Below are positions 1-7,612 of a stretch of 24,215 bases of DNA, piece after piece. The notes under the pieces are model-generated. The model had not been told where the DNA came from and did not search any database. It saw only the letters and a program-made list of their open reading frames with translations. Numbering within the stretch: position 1 is the first letter of the stretch; every line of letters starts with the position of its first letter. Both the position numbers and the translations under genes were made by a program. This DNA is from a virus (taxonomy: Duplodnaviria > Caudoviricetes): the IMG/VR virus record IMGVR_UViG_3300009773_000011, positions 1-24,215 of that record; one strand, written 5' to 3'.

Positions 1-106
1 CCGCGGCGGACCCTGCGGCGGACCATGCGGCGGACTCTGCGGCGGACCCTGCGGCGTTCCTTGCGGCGGACCCTGCGGCGGACCATGCGGCGGGCCATGC
101 GGCGGA
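1..106 (-). repeat. 12-bp coding tandem repeat (TCC GCC GCA NRG), about 9 copies
   Basis: Plus strand repeats gcggcgga(ccct/ccat/ctct); encodes SAAW/PAAW/SAAG/SAAR/NAAG/SAAE units. Confidence 0.9.
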
Positions 107-442
107 TAATTCTGCATCTGTTGCCTCACCGCGTGCGTACCTGCGAGAGACAGCGATAGCCTCTCGGGGTCTGTAATCATCGGGGTATTCGGCCTCAAAA
201 ATGTGTAGCACATGCTCGGCGTAGTCACATACTAGTAGGCGGCTAAATGTCTCCGCGTCATCACATGCCCTGAGTGCCCACAGTGCATCGTCGAAACCGT
301 TAATGTCCAGTATCTGTAACAGGGTTATCGGGGTATTTACCCCGTAGGCTTTAATCCCACCCAGCGCCTTGGCCAAGAATCTATACCGCTCCTTGCAAGC
401 CCTAGCATCGTGCAGTAACCTAAAGCTCGTCGTTGGCATCAT
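1..442 (-). CDS. Partial (3' end outside window) Imm5-like phage protein with C-terminal (S-A-A-x)n repeat
   Basis: Not in the ORF track because it has no stop in the window. ATG at 442 overlaps the upstream TGA and follows GGGGCAGGAG. Hand translation MMPTTSFRLLHDARACKERY...DDALWALRA...CDYAEHVLHIFEAEYPDDYRPREAIAVSRRYARGEATDAELSAAWPAAWSAAGSAA; the AEHVL..FE...P.D.RPR.AI pattern followed by Ala-rich repeats is the Imm5-like signature. Confidence 0.75.
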   Translation of the reverse strand, partial: MMPTTSFRLLHDARACKERYRFLAKALGGIKAYGVNTPITLLQILDINGFDDALWALRACDDAETFSRLLVCDYAEHVLHIFEAEYPDDYRPREAIAVSRRYARGEATDAELSAAWPAAWSAAGSAARNAAGSAAESAAWSAAGSAA

Positions 443-783
443 CACTCCTGCCCCTCCTCGCTATTTACTGGCACCACGCAAAAATCCCAATCATAAGCCC
501 TACCCATCTCGTAATCTACGCACGCATTTTTTATGGCAAAGGTATATAGTTCCCCATCTTCTACAGATTCCATACCCACTATTGACTCAACGCCATCCAT
601 AAAAATGCTATCCTCTATCCATCCACAAAATGGACATCCTGGGCAGGATAATTTTTTTAGTGGGTACAGTTCGGTCTTAAAAACTATTATTCCGTCTCTT
701 GTTTGATATTGGCTGACCCTGCCTTTATATATTTTCCCTTTGCATGTATTGTTGGATTCTGTGACATTTATTATTGCATCCAT
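442..783 (-). CDS. Hypothetical protein, 113 aa, AT-rich, with CPGCPFC motif
   Basis: Start reassigned to ATG at 783 (TGATG overlap with upstream gene, GGAG RBS); MDAIINVTES...SEEGQE. Confidence 0.75.
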   Translation of the reverse strand: MDAIINVTESNNTCKGKIYKGRVSQYQTRDGIIVFKTELYPLKKLSCPGCPFCGWIEDSIFMDGVESIVGMESVEDGELYTFAIKNACVDYEMGRAYDWDFCVVPVNSEEGQE

Positions 784-1016
784 CACTCCTGCCCCCTCTC
801 GTCCACTAATGAGACAAACTCTAAAACCTTTCTGCATAGCGAAAGCCGTGGATGTCCATCAATAAACCGTGGATGTCCATCAATAAACTCCGGCTCCCCG
901 AACAGGGGGCACCACTGACCGCACCAGTCATCGCCAACAAATGGGCAGAATTGCTTTGTCCATTCCCCCTTGCGCTCTATCCACAGGAACCCGTCCTTAT
1001 CAATCTTCCCCTTCAT
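783..1016 (-). CDS. Hypothetical Cys-rich protein, 77 aa
   Basis: ATG at 1016 forms an ATGA overlap with the SLT stop; MKGKIDKDGFLWIERKG...CPF...C...CPLFGEP. Confidence 0.7.
   Translation of the reverse strand: MKGKIDKDGFLWIERKGEWTKQFCPFVGDDWCGQWCPLFGEPEFIDGHPRFIDGHPRLSLCRKVLEFVSLVDERGQE
846..887. repeat. Perfect 21-bp tandem duplication (FIDGHPR x2)
   Basis: ccgtggatgtccatcaataaa at 846-866 and 867-887. Confidence 0.95.
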
Positions 1017-1585
1017 CCCCAAACCCTCCCTATCACCTTGTCGGTGTAATTTCTGGCGTTCCCGGAGTAGTGCCGGAGTGCCCCGTCGATGCCGCCATAC
1101 CTGTCTAGCAACGTCCTCACAATGTACGCTCCCGCCTCAATGGATGTCTCCGGGTCAAGCAGGTCTGATTCCGTTACACATATTCCTGCATCAATGAGTA
1201 CTTGCCCCCAAAATCGCCACCTAATTTGTGTCAAACCAATAGCCCCACAACTGGATCGTGCGTTCGGCTTCCCGGATGACTCCTGCATGACCATTCCGGC
1301 TAGTACTATCTGTGGCACACGGTACTTTGCGGAGTAATAGACTACCCATTTGGCGAAAGATGGTGCGTCAGCGTGTCTGTATCGTGCAAATAGGGTGGCA
1401 AGTGCCTCCACATCGGGTGAAGAGTCAACCGCTTGTTCGATGCCGTGACGGACTCCTGCGTTGTAGGCGAGTTGAGTGTCACGGGCGTACATGTCACGCT
1501 GGGTTTCAATGACACGTTCAAGGTGGATGTTGGCGGCGACCATGACCAGCAGGACGGTCAGCAGGAGCAGGGTGAGTTTACGCAT
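1013..1585 (-). CDS. Lytic transglycosylase (SLT domain) with N-terminal hydrophobic anchor
   Basis: Catalytic motifs QESSG, GAIGLTQI, LLDPETSIEAGA and ALRHYSG; N-terminus MRKLTLLLLTVLLVMVAA. Confidence 0.9.
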   Translation of the reverse strand: MRKLTLLLLTVLLVMVAANIHLERVIETQRDMYARDTQLAYNAGVRHGIEQAVDSSPDVEALATLFARYRHADAPSFAKWVVYYSAKYRVPQIVLAGMVMQESSGKPNARSSCGAIGLTQIRWRFWGQVLIDAGICVTESDLLDPETSIEAGAYIVRTLLDRYGGIDGALRHYSGNARNYTDKVIGRVWG

Positions 1586-1854
1586 CCTGTGTCCTCCGTG
1601 ATGACCTCAATGAGATTCCGTATCCGGTTAAACATGTCCTTGTAGGCCTCGTTCTCTTTCTTCAACCGCTCGTTCTCGTTATAAAGCCGCGAACACTCCA
1701 CACCCCACCCCATGTCGGCCACCCTGTAGCCCTTCTGGGCTTCCTTTAGGTCACTCACGAGTTCGGCGTTCAACGTTTGCAATCTGCGGTTAGCCTCCTT
1801 TAACTCAGCGATACGTTCAACGAGTGTTTCAATTCTCATCAGTTCGCCGTACAT
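1558..1854 (-). CDS. Hypothetical coiled-coil protein, 98 aa
   Basis: ATG at 1854 overlaps the upstream TAA (TAATG); heptad-rich IAELKEANRRLQTLNAEL and LYNENERLKKENE. Confidence 0.7.
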   Translation of the reverse strand: MYGELMRIETLVERIAELKEANRRLQTLNAELVSDLKEAQKGYRVADMGWGVECSRLYNENERLKKENEAYKDMFNRIRNLIEVITEDTGCVNSPCSC

Positions 1855-2144
1855 TAGGTTTCCCCCCTTGCTTTGGCGATGGTTTGTTTCGCATACTCCA
1901 ACACCTGTGCAACTTCGCAATGGTCGCCGGGCAGTTCGCAGGCCATAATTAAGTCATCCAGTGCATTCAATAGATCCTTGTTACTCTCTTCCTTCTCCCG
2001 ATATGCGCCCCACAAAGTGTCAAGTGACTCTAACCCAAAAGCGCCCATGCTCCCGCCACACTCGACCATGAGATAGGTATAAGCGTCCTTTGCGTTGTGG
2101 ATGTCATAATTGTTAAGCCTGTCCGTGATGATGTAGTGTGCCAT
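1854..2144 (-). CDS. Hypothetical phage protein, 96 aa
   Basis: MAHYIITD...; ends in the DLLNAL...TIAKARG pattern common in small phage early proteins. Start is uncertain (track gives 2180). Confidence 0.65.
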   Translation of the reverse strand: MAHYIITDRLNNYDIHNAKDAYTYLMVECGGSMGAFGLESLDTLWGAYREKEESNKDLLNALDDLIMACELPGDHCEVAQVLEYAKQTIAKARGET

Positions 2145-2145
2145 C

Positions 2146-2253
2146 TCACTCTTGACCCCTTCCAGCGTACGGACAAGCAAAATCCAATTGATAATTTCCT
2201 CTCTCGATTTCCCCCTTGCGGTATGGAAATATCTGCGAACCGTGGTCTTTCAA
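2146..2253 (-). CDS. Possible 35-aa ORF
   Basis: TTG overlaps the upstream TGA; MKDHGSQIFPYRKGEIERGNYQLDFACPYAGRGQE ends in the same GQE-stop as two neighbouring genes. Confidence 0.3.
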   Translation of the reverse strand: MKDHGSQIFPYRKGEIERGNYQLDFACPYAGRGQE

Positions 2254-2411
2254 TGTACCAACACCCTTTCGTTGTTCGCCCGTCTTATCCTGGCTATTAA
2301 GGCCCTCTGTTTTTGGTTGACGAGCCTGACGTATTCCAACATCTCCCGCAATTCGGTGTTCTCCGCTCTTAACCGCTCAAGTTCTTTTGTCCATCCGTTT
2401 TCGATCATCAT
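2250..2411 (-). CDS. Small coiled-coil protein, 53 aa (below ORF-track cutoff)
   Basis: TGATG overlap with the helicase stop; MMIENGWTKELERLRAENTELREMLEYVRLVNQKQRALIARIRRANNERVLVH. Confidence 0.6.
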   Translation of the reverse strand: MMIENGWTKELERLRAENTELREMLEYVRLVNQKQRALIARIRRANNERVLVH

Positions 2412-3760
2412 CAGAACCCCCCAAATTGGGCATCTGAAAAGACTGCCTCAGAGTTTTTCTTCCCCCTGATGCTGACTGGCGACGCAGACCCTGAAAATGT
2501 CATCGTCTTACCCTCGTAGTGGAGCGAGTAATGCCTGCCGTTCTGACCCCGCCTCGTTTTGGCAACCGAACAAATGATCCTGGGAGTCGTGTCAAAGTTC
2601 GGCGTGCCGTCCTCACTCGTCGGGGCCTTGTCTTTGAAGAGTTCAAGCACCACGTCGGCAAGTCTCCTGATGGAGCCTCCACCGAGGCCCCTGCCAGTTC
2701 CCACGTCGCCATGTCGCTGATTAGCAAGGGCAATTTCGGACATTTGGTTCAAGACAAGGAAGGCGCAACCGAGTTCGTTTTTCCATCTGCGAAGGGCAGC
2801 CGTCACCTGTCGGGCAGCGTCCAGTTCGTCTTTGAATCCTGCAACTGCCGTCAGGTAATCAAGCACCACCACGGCGGGAGATTCCGTCCTGATGGCTCTT
2901 TCGAGGTCGGCAACGGTGTAATCCCCGTCAATCACCCGGAATAGTCCCGCGTCGCGTTCCGTCAGCACATCAACGGCGCGCTTGTATTCCGGGGAATCGG
3001 ACTTGATAGCCTCCAATATCTCCATCTCGTTCAGGCCGATGATGGGCATGAGCCTCCGAAGATTGACCTGGTAGGCCGGCATGTCCAAACTCACAAACAG
3101 GACTTTCCTTCCGACCTCTTGCAAATACGTATCAACCGCCTTGAGCGCGAGGCTCGTTTTCATGCTCCCCTCTCCGCCGACAAGGGAAAGGATCTCGCCG
3201 GGGAGAATACCGCCCCCCATGTCCCAATCGACGGCATCAATACCCGTGCGGAAAACTGGCAGTCCGTCCCATGCCTTGACTTGCGCCTCGTAAGCCTCCT
3301 GATGTATCGACGGGTCAGACAGAGCAATCCGCTCCGATGCGGAGCATTCCCGAATGAGCCGTTGTGCTTCCTGTGTTACGTCGGTAATGGCTTTTTTCTC
3401 GCTCATGGCGAGGGCATATATCTCCCTTGCCCGCTCTGCCATGAGTCGCCTGACGGCCTTCTCCCTGACAATGGCAAGGTGCCTCTGGAAGGTCTGCAAT
3501 GTCGGGATAGCCTCGATGTAGGATGCAAGTTCTGACTGTCCAATCTTTATTTTCTGCGCCAAAATGACCTCATCAACGGCGTTGCCCCTCAAGGCTTCGA
3601 CCTGGACGGCGCGGAATACCTGACGGTGCCGAGTGTCGAAAAAGTCACTCTCTTCCAGCGTCCGGGAAGCCAAAGACAGACATGATGCATCAAGGAGGCA
3701 TCCCCCCAGGACTGCCCTTTCAGAGTCAAGGGACATTGGGATAGGACGTTCTTTGGTCAC
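2411..3760 (-). CDS. dnaB: DnaB-like replicative helicase
   Basis: N-domain SERAVLGGCLLD...DFFDTRHRQVF; C-domain TGIDAVD, Walker A GGEGSMKT, FVSLDM, Walker B VVLDYL, LNQM, AKTRRG; lies downstream of the initiator. Confidence 0.9.
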   Translation of the reverse strand: MTKERPIPMSLDSERAVLGGCLLDASCLSLASRTLEESDFFDTRHRQVFRAVQVEALRGNAVDEVILAQKIKIGQSELASYIEAIPTLQTFQRHLAIVREKAVRRLMAERAREIYALAMSEKKAITDVTQEAQRLIRECSASERIALSDPSIHQEAYEAQVKAWDGLPVFRTGIDAVDWDMGGGILPGEILSLVGGEGSMKTSLALKAVDTYLQEVGRKVLFVSLDMPAYQVNLRRLMPIIGLNEMEILEAIKSDSPEYKRAVDVLTERDAGLFRVIDGDYTVADLERAIRTESPAVVVLDYLTAVAGFKDELDAARQVTAALRRWKNELGCAFLVLNQMSEIALANQRHGDVGTGRGLGGGSIRRLADVVLELFKDKAPTSEDGTPNFDTTPRIICSVAKTRRGQNGRHYSLHYEGKTMTFSGSASPVSIRGKKNSEAVFSDAQFGGF

Positions 3761-4827
3761 GCTTCCACCTCCATGATGGCCTTGAATATCGGGTACGCCT
3801 GTTGCGGAACTACGGCGTTTCCGAGTGCCTTCAAACGCTTCGCCCTATTCGGTATGCCTGTGCCTACACGAGGCGGTTCGTAGGGGTATTGGGATTCCCC
3901 CATCAACGCCGGCCATCCGGGCCACGGCTCCGGTTCGTCGCAGTCGAGGTCAGTCCAGCCGAGGGGGAAGCCCATGAGGATTTCTACCCAAGCGGGATTT
4001 AAGGTTCCGTTGGCCGCCGTTTGCAAATCCAGTCCACCGTCTCCATGCCGACACGGGCCACCATTTGCATTCTGTCGTTTCGGCGTCGGCCACATCTTCG
4101 CGACCGCCGTCGCCAGTCCATCGCCGCTGTTCTCGCTCAGTCCGCGGCGGTTGTAGTTTCCGTGGACGCAGGGTGTAGGCCACAAGCCACCTTCACAGCG
4201 TTCGGAAGCTGGCTCAAGTGCGGGCGCTCCCTGCTCAAGAAATGCGTATCCCCGTTCGCCCCTTTGTAATCTCTCTGCGAAGGCGTGGGCCACATCGCTC
4301 CTGACGCCGATGACGAAGAGTCTTTCCCTTTTGTGGGGCGCACCAAATGCAGCAGCTGGAAGGACGAAAGCCCAGACTTTGTATCCTTCGTCCTCCATTC
4401 CGGCTTGCACGGTATCGAGGGCGAGATTGACCGCTCCACGCACGTTTTCAGCAAGGACGAAAGCGGGTCTGCACTCTGCGATGACTCGCAGCATTTCAAA
4501 CCAGAGTCCGGAGCGCTCCCCCGACAATCCCTTTTGCTTGCCTGCAACTGACAAATCTTGACAGGGGAAGCCTCCGTGAACAACGTCAATTGTTCCGTTG
4601 TAGTCGGCGGGGCATTTGAATCGATGGAAAGGGCTTCCTCCAAGCTCTCGCAGCGTTCGGTTGGTGAATCGCGTAATGTCTCCGTGATTCTCAATGCCCT
4701 GGAACCTCCTTTCAAGCACTTTAACGGCATACGGCTCTATCTCGCAGAATGCCACCGTCTCCATCCCTGCCCATTCAGCGGCGAGGTCTAAACCTCCTAT
4801 GCCGCTGAAGAGGGATAGCACCCTCAC
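3757..4827 (-). CDS. DNA (cytosine-5)-methyltransferase
   Basis: Motifs I SLFSGIGG, IV GFPCQ, VI ENV, VIII PHKRERLF, IX-like LNPAWVEILMGFP, X LKALGNAVVP. Confidence 0.95.
   Translation of the reverse strand: MRVLSLFSGIGGLDLAAEWAGMETVAFCEIEPYAVKVLERRFQGIENHGDITRFTNRTLRELGGSPFHRFKCPADYNGTIDVVHGGFPCQDLSVAGKQKGLSGERSGLWFEMLRVIAECRPAFVLAENVRGAVNLALDTVQAGMEDEGYKVWAFVLPAAAFGAPHKRERLFVIGVRSDVAHAFAERLQRGERGYAFLEQGAPALEPASERCEGGLWPTPCVHGNYNRRGLSENSGDGLATAVAKMWPTPKRQNANGGPCRHGDGGLDLQTAANGTLNPAWVEILMGFPLGWTDLDCDEPEPWPGWPALMGESQYPYEPPRVGTGIPNRAKRLKALGNAVVPQQAYPIFKAIMEVEA
4137..4730 (-). CDS. Overlapping +1-frame ORF inside the C5-MTase (beta-subunit-like, possibly vestigial)
   Basis: 197 open codons containing MWPTPSQRDYKG...QLPNAVK, a homologue of the two WPTP modules read in the main frame. 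Confidence 0.45.
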   Translation of the reverse strand: MPLKCLKGGSRALRITETLRDSPTERCESLEEALSIDSNAPPTTTEQLTLFTEASPVKICQLQASKRDCRGSAPDSGLKCCESSQSADPLSSLLKTCVERSISPSIPCKPEWRTKDTKSGLSSFQLLHLVRPTKGKDSSSSASGAMWPTPSQRDYKGANGDTHFLSRERPHLSQLPNAVKVACGLHPASTETTTAAD

Positions 4828-5639
4828 GCCTCCACCTCGACGAACTCATACTCGCCCGTGTCTATCGGCTCCGGTTCGACCGAGAAGTCCTCACGGTTTA
4901 GGAAGGTCGCGGGGTAAGGAATCTTGTCGGCTGGTCTCTTCTCCGCTAGGAGATTCGCAAGGTATCTCCCCATGTTCTGAAATATAACGTTGCACTCGTC
5001 GCACGATAGTGACGTTGGGAAGTGCTTTTTAAAGGCGTTGAATGCCTCCTTCTTGGCAACCTTCCTAGGATACATGGGCCAGAACTTGGAATCGAAAAGG
5101 CGCTGGATCTCCTTCGACATGATCTTGGCTTTCTCTGCTTGGGCAGGTTTGTTTTTTTTAACAGGTTCGACATGGGCATGATCTTGAAGGGAATCAGAGA
5201 ATCCGGAATCAGGAATCAGAGAATCCGGAATCAGAGAATCAGCCGGGAAAGAACTGTGCAAGTCTGGTGCTTGTATGGTGCAAGTATGGTGCTTTTCTGG
5301 TGCTTGTTCATAATCAGGACATGGAGGCAGGGTGCTTTCCGCTTCTTTTACGTGGGGATTCTGATGCTTGTTGAAGTTCACCACCTGGATATACTCGTGT
5401 TCATCCACGGAATATCTGATGATAAAATCGTTCTCCTGCAACTGTTCCAGAAGAGGTTCAACGTCTATATCGTCATAAGGGAAAACCTCTGCCTTGATTC
5501 GCTTAGGCCTGTCTTTGAGTCGCCCCTCACGGTCAGCGATACACCAAAGCCCAATAAATAGGAGCCTTGTCGATATATCACACTCGGCTAATTTGTCGTT
5601 CAAGAAGAACCCCGGCTTAATATTCCTAGCCCTCGCCAT
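4824..5639 (-). CDS. Phage replication initiator (replisome-organizer type)
   Basis: N-terminus MARARNIKPGFF...RLLFIGLWCIADREGR; C-domain FWPMYPRKVAKKEAFNAF...IPYPATFLN; low-complexity repeat linker; GGAGGGG RBS. Confidence 0.85.
   Translation of the reverse strand: MARARNIKPGFFLNDKLAECDISTRLLFIGLWCIADREGRLKDRPKRIKAEVFPYDDIDVEPLLEQLQENDFIIRYSVDEHEYIQVVNFNKHQNPHVKEAESTLPPCPDYEQAPEKHHTCTIQAPDLHSSFPADSLIPDSLIPDSGFSDSLQDHAHVEPVKKNKPAQAEKAKIMSKEIQRLFDSKFWPMYPRKVAKKEAFNAFKKHFPTSLSCDECNVIFQNMGRYLANLLAEKRPADKIPYPATFLNREDFSVEPEPIDTGEYEFVEVEA
5191..5242. repeat. Iteron-like repeats, candidate replication origin
   Basis: gaatcagagaatccggaatcag twice (5191-5212, 5213-5234); seven GAATC at 7-8 bp spacing; T-tract at 5152-5159. 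Confidence 0.65.
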
Positions 5640-5650
5640 TACAACCCCTC

Positions 5651-5684
5651 CACGGTAGGGGCGAGGTTAAGCCCCGCCCCCGTG
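5651..5684 (-). promoter_or_regulatory. GC-rich hairpin abutting the initiator RBS
   Basis: Minus strand CACGGGGGCGGGGC-TTAA-CCTCGCCCCTACCGTG immediately before GAGGGG...ATG; no U-tail. Confidence 0.45.
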
Positions 5685-5693
5685 TTAAACTGG

Positions 5694-6602
5694 TTAAGCA
5701 TTGTTCTCTTTGAGTTTCCCGACAGCATCCTTAATAGCGTTCTGCGATTCCTCAAGATTGATAGCCCTCTGCTCCGCTTTCTGTTCCTTCTCTGCCTGAT
5801 ACATGTAATCTGCCCACTTCGATTCACCGGACTTGATCGTGTTATAGACGCTCCGAAGGTTGACGATATCGTCGTCGGTAGCCCTTTCGATGGATCGCCC
5901 CAGGTAAGATTCGATCTCGTCAACGGGCACCCCCAGGGTAAGGAAGGCATCGGCGACCTTTTTCCGTTCCGTTTTGAGGTCTTTAGATGTTGCCGACTTG
6001 AGCGTCCTGTGGACCTCGTCCATCGCCTCTTCGACAATATCGGCAGGGATCAGGCGCAAGCCTTCGTTGCGGACAACCTTCGAAATCTGTGCGCTTTCCT
6101 TGTTGGCTATCGCGTCATCCGTAGCCTTGACGATATAGACGGCCTTGCCGGAAGTGTTGGTTCTCTGTCCTACAACCTCCCTCCCGGAAGCGTTTGCCCT
6201 CTCGACGGTCTTGCTGATGGTTATGTCGCGTCCGAAGGATGCGTTTGTCTCCAGGTCAAGAACGGATACCTTCACCCTCCGGGTCGCCATATCCTCGTAA
6301 AGCATCTGTGTTTCGACAATGACGTTGCCCCACTCCCGAAGCGCGAGTTCCGCAAACCTGATGGAAGGCCCCTTGATAGCAGACCCACCGACGGGCTTGC
6401 TGTACTCTGCCGCTTCTGCGAAGGTCTTGTTCTTGCATGCGTCAAGGATCTTCTGCCGCGCCCCTGCCTCTGAGCGGGGCCTGAATATAGCCATCTGGTA
6501 GGCTGACTGAATCCGCGCCTTTACCGCTTCTGCCGCCGCTACAGCCGCCGGGTCACTCGCCTGTAGGCTTTTCTGCTGTTCCATAATCGCGAGGTTGCTC
6601 AT
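5694..6602 (-). CDS. Putative ssDNA-annealing (recombinase-like) protein
   Basis: 302 aa with AEAAEYSKPVGG..IKGPSIRFAE..REWGN, a motif I associate with phage RecT-like annotated proteins; adjacent to the exonuclease; strong RBS GGGGGAGG. Confidence 0.6.
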   Translation of the reverse strand: MSNLAIMEQQKSLQASDPAAVAAAEAVKARIQSAYQMAIFRPRSEAGARQKILDACKNKTFAEAAEYSKPVGGSAIKGPSIRFAELALREWGNVIVETQMLYEDMATRRVKVSVLDLETNASFGRDITISKTVERANASGREVVGQRTNTSGKAVYIVKATDDAIANKESAQISKVVRNEGLRLIPADIVEEAMDEVHRTLKSATSKDLKTERKKVADAFLTLGVPVDEIESYLGRSIERATDDDIVNLRSVYNTIKSGESKWADYMYQAEKEQKAEQRAINLEESQNAIKDAVGKLKENNA

Positions 6603-6620
6603 GTCTGTTTTCCCTCCCCC

Positions 6621-7397
6621 TTAAAATTCCTTGTGGCACAGTTCCCAATAGCCGCACTTTTCCGGGGAGCAAAGGAAGTTATGCTCTGACGGGTAAAAAC
6701 ACCCCTCGGAGATAGCGCGTCCTACCCTGGCCGCCGTGTTGACAAACCTGTTTACCTGCTGTTCCGTGCGTGTCCCTTCCAGAACAACCACCTTTGGAAC
6801 CTTCGTTGCGACAACGTAGTCAAGTGCAACGCCTTTCGGCATTTCTCCCGTGATCTTCTGTAGCGAGTAGGCGTATGCGGATAACTGAAGGGACTTGTTT
6901 ATCTCGTCTGCATTCGGGGATCTCATAGATGTCTTCGTATCGCGAACCCAGAGTTTGTCATCAACGAGGTCAACGTATCCCTTGAGCAGGATTCCGTAAG
7001 GTTCTATCGGCAGCAATATTTCCTGCTCAACAAGGATTGGCTGTATCTTCGGGGCAAGTTCGACATGGTAGGCTTTCGCCAGGGTCACGGTCACATCCTT
7101 GACCTGTCCGGGCACCTCGTCAGGCTCAAATTGTGTCTCGTCCTGCAATGCCTCAAACTCGGCGGCAACGTATTCCGTCACCTCGTTGACAGATACATCC
7201 TGGCGGCTTTCAATCTTCTGCCTGTAGTTATGCTCGACCCCGGCATGGACACACTTTCCCCGCGTCAACGCTGACGATGGCGGGATCTTGATTCCCCGGA
7301 CGTATCGGAAAAAATACTGCGCCGGGCAGCGGAGATATGTATTAATCTGGCTTGCGCTGATATGCTCGGAAGGAAGCGTTATATTCTTGTCCTGCAT
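6621..7397 (-). CDS. PD-(D/E)XK exonuclease, RecB/Cas4-like with probable Fe-S cysteines
   Basis: Start reassigned to ATG at 7397 (TGATG); HISASQINTYLRCP, KGYVDLVD..DTKT, QLSAY, C-terminal CSPEKCGYWELC. Confidence 0.9.
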   Translation of the reverse strand: MQDKNITLPSEHISASQINTYLRCPAQYFFRYVRGIKIPPSSALTRGKCVHAGVEHNYRQKIESRQDVSVNEVTEYVAAEFEALQDETQFEPDEVPGQVKDVTVTLAKAYHVELAPKIQPILVEQEILLPIEPYGILLKGYVDLVDDKLWVRDTKTSMRSPNADEINKSLQLSAYAYSLQKITGEMPKGVALDYVVATKVPKVVVLEGTRTEQQVNRFVNTAARVGRAISEGCFYPSEHNFLCSPEKCGYWELCHKEF

Positions 7398-7612
7398 CAG
7401 TCGCACACCCCCCACATCATGTCTATCTCCTTCAGCGCCGTGACGATCTCCCTGTACCTGTCGCGCCGTTCGCATCCACTGTCTGACGGGTCAAAATTAG
7501 CGGGGCAGTCAAATAGTCCGTTCTCCATCTCAACCGCCCCGCAACCACAACAGAAGCCTTTTTCGAACTCTTCATGTTCCAGGTATGCCCTTGTAGCCGG
7601 GGAATAACTCAT
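7397..7612 (-). CDS. Small Cys-rich hypothetical protein, 71 aa
   Basis: ATGA overlap at 7609-7612; CCGC...C...C pattern. Confidence 0.65.
   Translation of the reverse strand: MSYSPATRAYLEHEEFEKGFCCGCGAVEMENGLFDCPANFDPSDSGCERRDRYREIVTALKEIDMMWGVCD

Noticed and set aside
3950-4183. 77-aa third-frame ORF in the MTase
   Set aside because: Best explained as the out-of-register reading of the WPTP modules after the frame switch, not an independent gene.
5682-6473. 263-aa plus-strand ORF and the other long plus-strand ORFs in the track
   Set aside because: Antisense shadows of well-supported minus-strand genes, without motifs or RBS.
6621-7397. Cas4-like nuclease as evidence of a CRISPR-Cas locus
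   Set aside because: No other cas genes or true array; its position beside an annealing-protein gene fits a phage recombination module.
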